NCBI GenBank assembly: GCA_016194865.1
Contig: JACQAT010000001.1
Coordinates: 81,657 to 145,656, forward strand
Source: Chloroflexota bacterium
GTDB lineage: Bacteria; Chloroflexota; Limnocylindria; P2-11E
Reading direction: 5' to 3'
DNA length: 64,000 nucleotides
Shown piece after piece: positions 44,132 to 52,704 of this stretch. How positions within the stretch are numbered: position 1 is the stretch's first letter; every line of letters begins with the position of its first letter. The position numbers and the translations under genes were made by a program. The notes beneath the pieces were generated by a model, which was not told where the DNA came from, did not search any database, and was given only the letters and a program-made list of their open reading frames with translations.

Positions 44132-46045
44132 TCACTCGATCGCCCGGCGCACGTCCCAGGCCGTTCGTTCGAGTCGCGCGATCGCGTCCTCCTCGCTCAC
44201 TCCCGTTTCGGCGCGCACGATCCCGATCGCGCGCGCCCTGAGCTTCGCGTTGGAGGCACGCACGTCGACCATGAGGTCGCCACGCGTGTGCCCGAGCCGC
44301 ACCATCGCCGCGGTCGACAGCATGTTCAGCACCAGCTTCGTCGCGGTGCCCGCCTTCAGCCTGCTGGACCCCGCGACGATCTCGGCGCCGACCTCGAGGA
44401 CGATCGCGACGTCGGCCGCGCGCGCGAGCGCCGAGCTGCCGACGCAGGTGACGGCGACCGTGCCCGCGCCCCTGTTTCTCGCGCGCGCGATCGCGCCGAC
44501 GACGAAGCGCGCTCCGCCGCTCGCGGAGATCCCGACGACGACATCGCTCGGCGACGCCGCCGCGAGCGCCTCGCCGCCCGACCCCTCGTCGTCCTCCGCG
44601 CCCTCGACCGCGTCGCGCAGCGCGAGATCGCCACCGGCGATGACGGCCTGGAACAGCTCCCTCCCCGCGCCGAAGGTCGGCGGGATCTCGCTGGCGTCGA
44701 GCGCGCCGAGGCGGCCGCTCGTGCCCGCGCCGACGTAGATCACATGGCCGTTCATCTGGATCGACCGCACGATGCGCTCGACCGCGCGCTCGATGGCGGG
44801 AAGCGCGCGTGCCACGGCGAGCGGCACGGTCGTGTCCTCCCTGTTCATGAGCTCGAGGATCTGTCGCGTGCTCATGTCGCCGAGCCCCTTCGCGCGCGGG
44901 TTGCGTCCCTCGGTGGTCACCCGCCGATGATGCGCTTCACGAAGATGCGCTTCAGGGGATGTGGATGGCCCCGCCGCTCGTCGCATGGTGGGCACCGGTG
45001 CAGCGGGGGAGGTGTTCGGCAGCCCGCGCCAGCGATACGCGCCGAGGATGGCGAACGACACCGCCTCGCGCGCGCTCGCAGGGATCCCGAGCTCGTCCAA
45101 CGGACGGACGATGAGCGGCGCGACGTCCGCGCGCAGCGCGTCGACGAGCGCCGGATTGGCGCTGCCGCCACCGGCGATCGCGAGCTCGCGCCAGCGTGTC
45201 CCTGCGGGCGTCTCCCGCGCCAGCGCCTGCGCGATCGTGCGCGCGCTCAACGCCGTCGCCGTCGCGATCGCGTCGTCGAGCCCCGGGCACTCGCGCAGCA
45301 GGCGCAGCGCGAGCTCGTGACCGAAGTCCTGGCGTCCGGTGCTCTTCGGCGCGCGCTTCGCGAAGAACGGGTGGGCCAGCGCGCGCGCGAGCGCCGTCTC
45401 GTCCGTCCTTCCGGCGCGCGCGCGCGTCCCATCGCGGTCGAACGGCTCGCCGACCGTCGCGCACAGGGCGTCGATCACGATGTTCGCGGGGCCCGTGTCG
45501 AACGCGACCACGTCGTCCGCTCGATCGCTCGGGATCAGCGTGAGGTTCGCGATGCCTCCGAGGTTCAGCAGCGCTATCGGCGCTCGCTCCCGGAACAGCA
45601 GGTGGTCCGCGAACGGCACGAGCGGCGCACCCTGGCCACCCGCGCTCACGTCGGCGCTGCGGAAGTCCGAGATGGCCGGCACGCCGCAGCGCCGCGCGAC
45701 ACGGGACGCGTCCCCGAGCTGGAGCGTCGCGCCGCGGTCGGGAAGGTGCGCGATCGTCTGGCCATGCAGCGCGATGAACGCCGGACGCGCGGGCAGCAGA
45801 CGGACGATCTCCTCGGCGGCGTCCGCGTAGGCGTCCCCGAGATCGGCGTGCAGCGTGGCCACGTCCGACGCGGTCAGCGCCTCGCCGGAGGCGGCTGCCA
45901 GCGCGCGCGCGCGGAGCGCGGCCGCGTAGGGCGTGTGTCGCGTTCGCACGATCGTGACCGCCGGTCGCTCGCCGTCTCCGATCTCGATCGCCGCGGCATC
46001 GATGCCGTCGAGCGAGGTGCCTGACATCAATCCGACCGCGATCAC
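44132..46045 (-). CDS. anmK-murQ: apparent in-frame fusion of anhydro-N-acetylmuramic acid kinase (AnmK) and N-acetylmuramic acid 6-phosphate etherase (MurQ)
   Basis: Residues 1 to about 350 are AnmK-like (MIAVGLMSGTSLDGIDAA...GGGSANPAL). Residues about 376 to 637 are MurQ-like SIS (VTTEGRNPRAKGLGDMSTRQILELMNREDTTV...VGAGTSGRLG...). No stop codon separates them. A GTG at 44920 could alternatively start a separate murQ. Confidence 0.7.
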   Translation of the reverse strand: MIAVGLMSGTSLDGIDAAAIEIGDGERPAVTIVRTRHTPYAAALRARALAAASGEALTASDVATLHADLGDAYADAAEEIVRLLPARPAFIALHGQTIAHLPDRGATLQLGDASRVARRCGVPAISDFRSADVSAGGQGAPLVPFADHLLFRERAPIALLNLGGIANLTLIPSDRADDVVAFDTGPANIVIDALCATVGEPFDRDGTRARAGRTDETALARALAHPFFAKRAPKSTGRQDFGHELALRLLRECPGLDDAIATATALSARTIAQALARETPAGTRWRELAIAGGGSANPALVDALRADVAPLIVRPLDELGIPASAREAVSFAILGAYRWRGLPNTSPAAPVPTMRRAAGPSTSPEAHLREAHHRRVTTEGRNPRAKGLGDMSTRQILELMNREDTTVPLAVARALPAIERAVERIVRSIQMNGHVIYVGAGTSGRLGALDASEIPPTFGAGRELFQAVIAGGDLALRDAVEGAEDDEGSGGEALAAASPSDVVVGISASGGARFVVGAIARARNRGAGTVAVTCVGSSALARAADVAIVLEVGAEIVAGSSRLKAGTATKLVLNMLSTAAMVRLGHTRGDLMVDVRASNAKLRARAIGIVRAETGVSEEDAIARLERTAWDVRRAIE

Positions 46046-47073
46046 GACGGCTCGCTCACTGCTTCATGCACGGCGATCCGGAAGCGGTACATGTCAGGGT
46101 CGTTGTCGCGGCCGAAGTACACGCGGTTCGTGAGCAGCGCCACGGTCAGGCCGAGCGCGGGGTCGATCCACAGCGATGTCCCGGTGAACCCGAGATGCCC
46201 GAACGCGGACTCGCCGAACCAGCGCCCGACCATGGGGCCGACCGGCGCGCGGAGCGCCAGGCCGAGGCCGCGCCGCGCGTTCTCGCCACGCGCGTGCTCC
46301 TTCCTCGCTTCCTGCGCGAGCTCGTTCCCGATGACCGCGCCGTCGCGGAACACGCGCGCGAGCGCGAGGACGTCGGCGGCCGTGCCGAAGAGGCCCGCGT
46401 GCCCGGCGATGCCGCCCATCGCGTGCGCGTTCTCGTCATGCACCTCGCCGCGCAGCCGCTTGTGGCGCCAGGCCGTGTCCTCCTCGGTGGCCACGCACCG
46501 CAGCGTCTCCTTCGGCAGGAAGTCGCACTCGGCCTCGATCGGTTCGAGCACGCGCTCGCGCACGAGATCGTGGAAGGGCGCGTCGCCCACGTTCGCGAGG
46601 CCCTGCGTCAGCATGACGTAGCCCAGATCGCTGTAGACGAAGGTGCCGGGCTCGCGCGCGAGCGGCTCCTGCGCCGCGAGCCAGATCGCCTCCTCCGAAG
46701 AGGTCGCTTCTTTCCACAGCGGCTTCCACCAGTTGAGGCCCGCCGTGTGTGTGAGCACCTGCGCCAGGGTCACTGTGTCCTTCGCGCCCCCACGGAAGTC
46801 CGGCACCAGCTCGCGCAGGGGTTGATCGAGCTCGAGCACGCGATCCCTGACGAACGAGAGCACGAGCGTGGTGGTCGCGAGCTTCGTCAACGAGGCCAGA
46901 TCGAAGAGCGAGCGAGCGGTGCATTCGGCGTCCGGACCGCCGTTCGGGTCCGGGCACAGCGTCCCGGCGGCGATCAGCTCGCGCGTCCCGCCGCGCTCCG
47001 TCGCGAGCACGCACGCGGTGAAGAGCTTCCCGAGGTGCTCATCGATGACCGCGCGCGCGGTCGCGAGGCTCAT
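46042..47073 (-). CDS. serine hydrolase, beta-lactamase/esterase family
   Basis: SxxK active-site motif FDLASLTKL, YSD and HTGFTG-like blocks (HLGFTGTSLW). Confidence 0.7.
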   Translation of the reverse strand: MSLATARAVIDEHLGKLFTACVLATERGGTRELIAAGTLCPDPNGGPDAECTARSLFDLASLTKLATTTLVLSFVRDRVLELDQPLRELVPDFRGGAKDTVTLAQVLTHTAGLNWWKPLWKEATSSEEAIWLAAQEPLAREPGTFVYSDLGYVMLTQGLANVGDAPFHDLVRERVLEPIEAECDFLPKETLRCVATEEDTAWRHKRLRGEVHDENAHAMGGIAGHAGLFGTAADVLALARVFRDGAVIGNELAQEARKEHARGENARRGLGLALRAPVGPMVGRWFGESAFGHLGFTGTSLWIDPALGLTVALLTNRVYFGRDNDPDMYRFRIAVHEAVSEPS

Positions 47074-48536
47074 GCGAGACGCACGGGCGCGCGGCCCGAC
47101 GCGGCACGGTCTCCGGCGAGCACGGCCGCGAGCGCCTCGAGCGAGCAGGGCACGTCGCCGTAGGTGAGGAGCGCGGGCCGCTCCGGCACGAGCGTCGCGT
47201 CATACGGCGAGCGCAGCGCGCAGAGGACGCCACCCGTCGCGAGGAGCGCACGGACCTGCGCGGCACGCTCCGGGTCGAAGAAGGCGGACGACGAGCAGAC
47301 CACGAGCGGGCCGTCGCCCTCGGGCACCCGACCGTCGCGCGCGAACCGCAGGCGATCGCCGAGCCGGCTCGCGAGCGCGCGCTCGAGGACCGAGATCGGG
47401 TCGCCCAGCTCTTCGACGGGAGAAAGTCCACGTGGCTCGAACGCGGTGACCCGGATGGTCCCGCGCAGGTCCGGGAGCGTCCCGCGCAGGGTGATCGAGC
47501 GTGCGGCGACGTCGCGCGCGAGCGCACGCGCGCTGTCGTCGTCCGCCTCGTCGGCTTCACGACCACCGAAGCGCTCGCGGAACGTCGAGGCGCGCCGCAC
47601 GGCCTCCAGCACCCGTTGCGGGCGCACTCCGGTGGCGATCCGCTCCGCGGCCTCCAGCTGGAGCTCGGGATCGAACAGCATGACGGTGTCGATACCCGCC
47701 TCGACGGCGCGCGGCGCGAGCGCCTCGGGGATCTCGACCTGCGTCACGCCGCCCATGTCCAGCGCGTCGGTCATCGCGAGGCCGCGGAAGCCCAGCGTGC
47801 CGCGCAGCAGATCCGTCGCGATCGGCTTCGACAGCGTCGCGATGCGCTCGGTGTCGAGCGCCGGATAGCGCACGTGCGCGGTCATCACGCTGGAGACGCC
47901 GGCCGCGATCGCGCTGCGGAACGGCACGAGCTCGCGCTGCTCGAGCATCGCGCGGTCGACGTGTGAGTCGACCGTCGTGTGGTGCGGGTCGACGACGCTC
48001 GACCCGTGCCCGGGGAAGTGCTTGGCCGTCGCGGCGACCCCGCTCGTTTCGCTGCCGCGGATCCACGATGCCGCGAGGAGCCCGACGCGCTCGGGGTCGT
48101 CGCCGAACGAGCGCGTCCCGATGACCGGATTGCGCGGCTCGGTGTTGACATCGCAGACCGGCGCGTAGTTCACGGTGATGCCGTCGGCACGCAGCCCGAG
48201 TGCAACCGCGCCGGCGACGCGCTCGGCGTCAGCGGGGTCGCCGGTCGCCGCGATCGCCATGGCGCTCGGGAACACCGCGCGGTAGCCGACCCGCACGACG
48301 CTCCCGCCCTCCTGATCGACGGCCACGGGCACCGGGGGCAGGCCGCTCCGCTCTGTGGCGGCCCGCGCCTCGCGGAGCATCGCGCGCACCTGTTCCTTCG
48401 TCTTGAGATTCCCTTTGAACGCGAAGAGCGCGAGCCCGCCGATGCGCCCGGCACCGATCGCGTCGAGCAGCGCGCCGGGGACGGTCTCGCCGTCGAAGGC
48501 GGCCCACACGAGCGCGCCCGGGCCGAGTCGGCTCAC
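47070..48536 (-). CDS. glycoside hydrolase family 3 (beta-N-acetylhexosaminidase NagZ-like) with C-terminal extension
   Basis: GTG 48536 with GGAGG RBS overlapping the GntR stop (GTGA). GH3 blocks KHFPGHG and MTAHVRYPALD are present. Track ORF residues upstream of this are artefact. Confidence 0.75.
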   Translation of the reverse strand: MSRLGPGALVWAAFDGETVPGALLDAIGAGRIGGLALFAFKGNLKTKEQVRAMLREARAATERSGLPPVPVAVDQEGGSVVRVGYRAVFPSAMAIAATGDPADAERVAGAVALGLRADGITVNYAPVCDVNTEPRNPVIGTRSFGDDPERVGLLAASWIRGSETSGVAATAKHFPGHGSSVVDPHHTTVDSHVDRAMLEQRELVPFRSAIAAGVSSVMTAHVRYPALDTERIATLSKPIATDLLRGTLGFRGLAMTDALDMGGVTQVEIPEALAPRAVEAGIDTVMLFDPELQLEAAERIATGVRPQRVLEAVRRASTFRERFGGREADEADDDSARALARDVAARSITLRGTLPDLRGTIRVTAFEPRGLSPVEELGDPISVLERALASRLGDRLRFARDGRVPEGDGPLVVCSSSAFFDPERAAQVRALLATGGVLCALRSPYDATLVPERPALLTYGDVPCSLEALAAVLAGDRAASGRAPVRLA

Positions 48537-49282
48537 GCCTCCGTCTTCGCGATGAGCTCGCTCGTGAACGCGTAGGCATCGCCGCGATAGACGGCCTCGG
48601 CGAGCTCGATCGCGCGCCCGGCGTCGTCGAATGAGCGTCGCTTCGTGCGCAGCACGGGCGCGCCCGGTCCGAGCCCGAGCAGCTCCGTCTCGCGCTCGTT
48701 GGCGAGGGAGGCGCTGATCTCCTGCTCCGCCCGCACCGGGTGATGACCGAGCTCCGCGAGCCGCTCGTAGAGAGAGCCCGTCGACAGATCCGAGGCGATG
48801 AGCTTCTCCGCGCCGCTGATGGCGAGCCACGCGCGCTCGATGCCGACCGGCGCGCCGTTGGCCAGGCGCAGCCGCTCGACGTAGGCGAGGGCACGACCCG
48901 CGCGCACGCCGAGCTCGCGCGCGACGTCGTCGGGGGCCGCCGCGAGGGAGGCGTTGAGCAGCGTGCTGGTGCCCACGAGCCCACGCGCCGCCATGTCCTG
49001 CGTGAACCCTGTGAGGTAGCGCAGCCGCTGGGCGATCTTCGGATGCGCGACGAAGGTGCCGCGCCCCTGCCTCCGCGTGAGCACACCCTCGTGGACGAGG
49101 TCGCCGATCGCCTGACGCGCGGTCATCCGGCTGATGCCGTACGCCGCGCAGATCTCCCGTTCGGAGGGGATCGTGTCGCCGGCCTTCCACTCGCCCGCGT
49201 CGATGCCGGCGCGGATCGTCTCCTTGAGGCGCACGTACACGGGGACGCTGCTTCGTGCCACAAGCTCGCTCGGAAGGGCCAT
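48533..49282 (-). CDS. GntR-family transcriptional regulator (HTH + UTRA effector domain)
   Basis: N-terminal winged HTH (PSEREICAAYGISRMTARQAIGDLVHEGVLTRRQGRGTFV) plus a UTRA-like C-terminus. Confidence 0.8.
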   Translation of the reverse strand: MALPSELVARSSVPVYVRLKETIRAGIDAGEWKAGDTIPSEREICAAYGISRMTARQAIGDLVHEGVLTRRQGRGTFVAHPKIAQRLRYLTGFTQDMAARGLVGTSTLLNASLAAAPDDVARELGVRAGRALAYVERLRLANGAPVGIERAWLAISGAEKLIASDLSTGSLYERLAELGHHPVRAEQEISASLANERETELLGLGPGAPVLRTKRRSFDDAGRAIELAEAVYRGDAYAFTSELIAKTEA

Positions 49283-49323
49283 ATGGTCCGAACGATAGGA
49301 CCACTTGGAAGACGTTCCGCTCG

Positions 49324-49794
49324 TCAGTCCTCCGGGAGATCCGCCCAGAACGCCTCGGTGATCCGGTTGTTCATGTTGGCCACGCCCACGTTCACGACCA
49401 GCTCCACGAGCTGGCGCTCATTCAGGAAGCCCTTCGCCTTCGCGAATGTCTCCTCCGACACGTGCACGTCGCGCGTGAGCTCGGTCGAGAGCGCGATGAC
49501 CGCCCTCTCCTCGTCGCTGAAGAGCGGGCTCGACGCGACGGACCCATCCTTCATCGCCTCGATCATCTCGTTCGTGATGCCCAGCGCACGGCCGGACGCG
49601 GTGTGGGACTTGATTCAGTAGCGACAGCCGTTCTGCAGATCCGTCGCAAGGAACGAGAGGAGCCGCAGCTTCGCGGACAGCGCGCCGCCGTCCAGCGCGT
49701 CCCGCAGCTTCCAGTACGCCGCCGAGACCTCCGGCGAATGGTTGAGCAAGCGCCGGAACGCGCTGCCCTCGCCGGTGTACGGGATGCGCGCCAT
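49324..49794 (-). CDS. carboxymuconolactone decarboxylase/AhpD-family protein with in-frame TGA at the second Cys of the CxxCxxxH motif (selenocysteine candidate or pseudogene)
   Basis: The two track ORFs 49615..50115 and 49324..49566 are contiguous in one frame across TGA 49617..49615. The reconstructed motif is NGCRY-[TGA]-IKSHTASGRALG, i.e. C-x-x-U/C-x-x-x-H. ATG 49794 (MARIPYTGEG...) overlaps the upstream stop (TGATG). Confidence 0.5.
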
Positions 49795-50177
49795 CAGCCG
49801 CGGGTCCGGAAGCGCGAGATCGCGAGCTCGCCGAGCGTTCGCCTGGAGCTCGCCGTCGACTTCTCCAGGATGACCCGGCGGATCTGGTCCGCATCGGGCA
49901 CGATCGGCGCGATGCGCCTGACGCTGCGCGGGCCGGCGATACGGCCCTCGAGCGCGTCGACGATGTCCTTCACGCGCTCGTCGATCTCGTGGATGGCGAG
50001 CGGGCGATCGCCGAGGCGCAGCGCGATGCGGATCTCGAGGCGATCCGTCTCGCGATAGCCGACGCCGCGCCGGGTCTGCGCCTCGAGGACGGCGGCGTGC
50101 ACCCGCCGCCGCCATTCGTTGCGCGGCCGCGCATAGGGAGGGATCGGGACGACGATCGAGAAGCGGCGTTTGGCCAT
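49794..50177 (-). CDS. RusA-like (Holliday-junction resolvase family) small protein, tentative
   Basis: 127 aa; pattern VVPIPPYARPRN...HEIDERVKDIVDAL...IVPDADQIRRVILEK resembles the RusA PxPPSxN ... DxDNxxKxxxDAL ... DDxQ blocks. Family assignment from memory, low certainty. Confidence 0.35.
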   Translation of the reverse strand: MAKRRFSIVVPIPPYARPRNEWRRRVHAAVLEAQTRRGVGYRETDRLEIRIALRLGDRPLAIHEIDERVKDIVDALEGRIAGPRSVRRIAPIVPDADQIRRVILEKSTASSRRTLGELAISRFRTRG

Positions 50178-50180
50178 GTC

Positions 50181-51758
50181 TTAGCGGACCACCTGTATCT
50201 CGATCGTGTCATATCCGGTCGCGCCGCTGGGGAACGGCTCTCGGCGGACCGCCGTCTGCGTGAGACCCGCGCCGTCCGTGGCGCGCACGAGCAGCTTCTT
50301 CGGTCCGACGCCGTCGGGCGTCCAGCGATAGAGCCAGCGCCGCCAGGTCAGCGCGCCGAGGGCGGTCTCGAGCTCCGCGACGACCCACGGCTGGCCACCA
50401 TCGACGGAGACCTCGACCTTCGAGATGCCACGCGCGCCGGCGAACGCAATACCCGCGACGGCCACCTGACCGCCGTCCCATCGCACCGTGCGGACCGGCG
50501 CGTCGAAGCGGGAGCCGACGTTCACGATCGCGGCGTCGTTCCAGCCGCGCTCCTGCCAGTAGCCGAAGTAGTCGAATGTCGCGACCTCGACCGTCTTGAG
50601 CCACTTCACGTTCTTCATCCCGTAGATATTCGGCACCAGCAGGCGCGCGGGGAAGCCGTGATCGATCGGCAGCGTCACGCCGTTCATCAGGTAGGCGACG
50701 ATCGTCTTGGCCTCGAGCGCCTTCGCGATCGGGATCGAGTCGGAGTAATCGTCGACCGAGCGCAGGATGACATCGAACGCGCCGTTCTTCGGCTTGGCGC
50801 GCGCGAGCAGGTCACGCAGTGGGACGCCGGTCCACAGCGCCGTCGAGATGAGATCGCCGCCCACCTCGTTGCTGATGCACTCGAGCGTGTGGAGCTGCTC
50901 GACGCTCGGGAGCTCGAGCAGCTCGTCGTAGGTCAGCTCGAACGGCTGCTCGACGTTGCCCCTGATCGCGAGGGTCCACCTCGCCGTATCGACCTGCGGC
51001 TTGAACAGCGTCGTGTCGACCGTGTAGTGATCGGCGTTCGCGGTGATCCGCGGCGTGAGCCGCTCGATCTTCTCGAACTGCGGGTCCGGCGGGGGCACCG
51101 TCTCGCGGAACACGAGGTTGCGCGCCGTGGCGACGACGTTCTCGCCAGCGGCTCGAGCGATGCGCAGGCTCGGGCCCAGCTTGAGACCGCCGAAGGCGAC
51201 GAGCGCCGCCACGCCGAAGGTCGCGTAGAGCGCGCGCCGCCGCGAGGGCGCCGGGACCGGAACGCGGTACTGCCCGGCCGATCGCAGGAGCGCGAGGCTC
51301 GCGGCGAACACGGCGAGACCCGCGCCCGCGTCGACGAGGAGCGCGCCGAGCTCGAGGTGGGCGGCCGCGAAGAGCTGCGCGAGCACCACGGTGAGGAGCC
51401 AGGGCGCGACGGCGAGCGAGACGACGACGCGGTCGCGTCTTCCCGGATCGAGCGCCGCGATGCCCGCGATCGTTCCGCTCGCGAGGTAGAGCGCGACGAC
51501 ACCGATCACGAGCAGGCGTTGCGCCCAATGCTGGAAGAGCTCGATGAGCGGGATCGAGATCCATCCGGGGAGCACCTCGATGATCGCCTGGCCGAGGCTG
51601 AGCGGCGCGAACGGGACGCCGGCGAGGCTCACGATGAACGCGACATCGAGCGCGAAGAACATCGCGAGAGCGCCCACCAGGATGCCGGTGCGTGCCCGCG
51701 TATCCAAGCCCTTCACCTGTGGCACGATACGCCCGCGTGCCCGAGCTCCCTCCACCAC
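50181..51758 (-). CDS. membrane-anchored molybdopterin-dependent oxidoreductase (sulfite-oxidase/MsrP-like Mo domain + dimerisation domain)
   Basis: N-terminal polytopic membrane region. C-terminal TYDELLELPSVEQLHTLECISNEVGG...LMNGVTLPIDHGFPARLLVPNIYGMKNVKWL is the Moco-binding sulfite oxidase family signature. Confidence 0.65.
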   Translation of the reverse strand: MVEGARARGRIVPQVKGLDTRARTGILVGALAMFFALDVAFIVSLAGVPFAPLSLGQAIIEVLPGWISIPLIELFQHWAQRLLVIGVVALYLASGTIAGIAALDPGRRDRVVVSLAVAPWLLTVVLAQLFAAAHLELGALLVDAGAGLAVFAASLALLRSAGQYRVPVPAPSRRRALYATFGVAALVAFGGLKLGPSLRIARAAGENVVATARNLVFRETVPPPDPQFEKIERLTPRITANADHYTVDTTLFKPQVDTARWTLAIRGNVEQPFELTYDELLELPSVEQLHTLECISNEVGGDLISTALWTGVPLRDLLARAKPKNGAFDVILRSVDDYSDSIPIAKALEAKTIVAYLMNGVTLPIDHGFPARLLVPNIYGMKNVKWLKTVEVATFDYFGYWQERGWNDAAIVNVGSRFDAPVRTVRWDGGQVAVAGIAFAGARGISKVEVSVDGGQPWVVAELETALGALTWRRWLYRWTPDGVGPKKLLVRATDGAGLTQTAVRREPFPSGATGYDTIEIQVVR

Positions 51759-51973
51759 TTCTCGCCGAAGACCTCTCTGCCTTTCGCTTCGTCAGCGACG
51801 CGCAGCTCTCGCCCGATGGCGCGCGCATCGCCTTCGTGCTGCGCACCGTCGGCCACTCGTTCTTCCACGAATTCCAGGTGCTCCGGCCGTGGCTACGCCG
51901 TCCTCTATTGGAGCACCGTCTGCTCATTGCATGGTCCGACAGCCATCACTACCGTTGGACTGAGGTTCGATAG
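51692..51973 (+). pseudogene. probable gene remnant: N-terminal fragment resembling S9 peptidase/TolB-type N-terminus
   Basis: Only about 50 codons show family-like sequence (LAEDLSAFRFVSDAQLSPDGARIAFV); the rest is unstructured and it overlaps the end of the Mo-enzyme gene. Confidence 0.25.
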
Positions 51974-52203
51974 CCACGCCTAGCGATCACGGGACGTTCC
52001 CGCAGTGGGCCCGCAACACGCTGCGGCCGCGCGCCTGGTCGCGACGCTGGCTCGCGATCTCGCTCCGCAACTACTGGATCCGCATCGCGCGCCGGCAGCT
52101 CTGTTGCGGGCATCCTGGCGAGCCGGGCTGCTGAAAGCCCGTCACGGCGGACGGTCGTCCGCATTCGCACGGCGCGCATCCCGATTAGGATTCGTGGCGT
52201 CCG

Positions 52204-52704
52204 ATGAAGGAATTCCTCCAGGGCCGACGCTTCGGCTTCTCGCTCCGACCCGCTTTCGGCATGCTCGCCGCGGGCCTGGGCATCGCGACGACGCTCCTCG
52301 ATCTGATGGCCTGGCTGCAATGGGGAAGCCGTGACACGAACGGCTTCGTCATCGCTGCGTACGGCACGATCATCGCGACGACGGTCGTCGCCGCGCTCGC
52401 CGCGCTCGCGGCCCTCTTCGAATGGCTCGATGTACCGGAGGAGGAGCGCCCGCTCGCGCGGCTCGATCTCATCGCCGCGGCCGTGGCGGTCGTGCTCTAC
52501 CTCGTCGCGACGGTCCTTCGCGCCGGCGACCTCGGCGGGGCCGGCGTGACCCCGATCGAGCTGCTCCTCGCGATCGCCGGGCTCATCGTTCTTCTTGTCG
52601 ACGGCGTGATCAGCGCGAGCCTCTACGCCACGCGCGAGTGGGAGATCATCGAGGAGGACCTGCCCAGCGTGCGCCACCGGCGCAGGCGGACCGCCCGCAG
52701 CTAG
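52204..52704 (+). CDS. hypothetical integral membrane protein
   Basis: 166 aa with 4 hydrophobic helices; the stop overlaps the ABC exporter stop region. Confidence 0.4.
   Translation: MKEFLQGRRFGFSLRPAFGMLAAGLGIATTLLDLMAWLQWGSRDTNGFVIAAYGTIIATTVVAALAALAALFEWLDVPEEERPLARLDLIAAAVAVVLYLVATVLRAGDLGGAGVTPIELLLAIAGLIVLLVDGVISASLYATREWEIIEEDLPSVRHRRRRTARS

Noticed and set aside
42932-50177. XRE-family HTH protein plus RusA-like protein considered as a prophage remnant
   Set aside because: No integrase, capsid, terminase or other phage genes lie between or around them. The neighbouring genes are housekeeping operons and no attachment-site-like repeats were seen.
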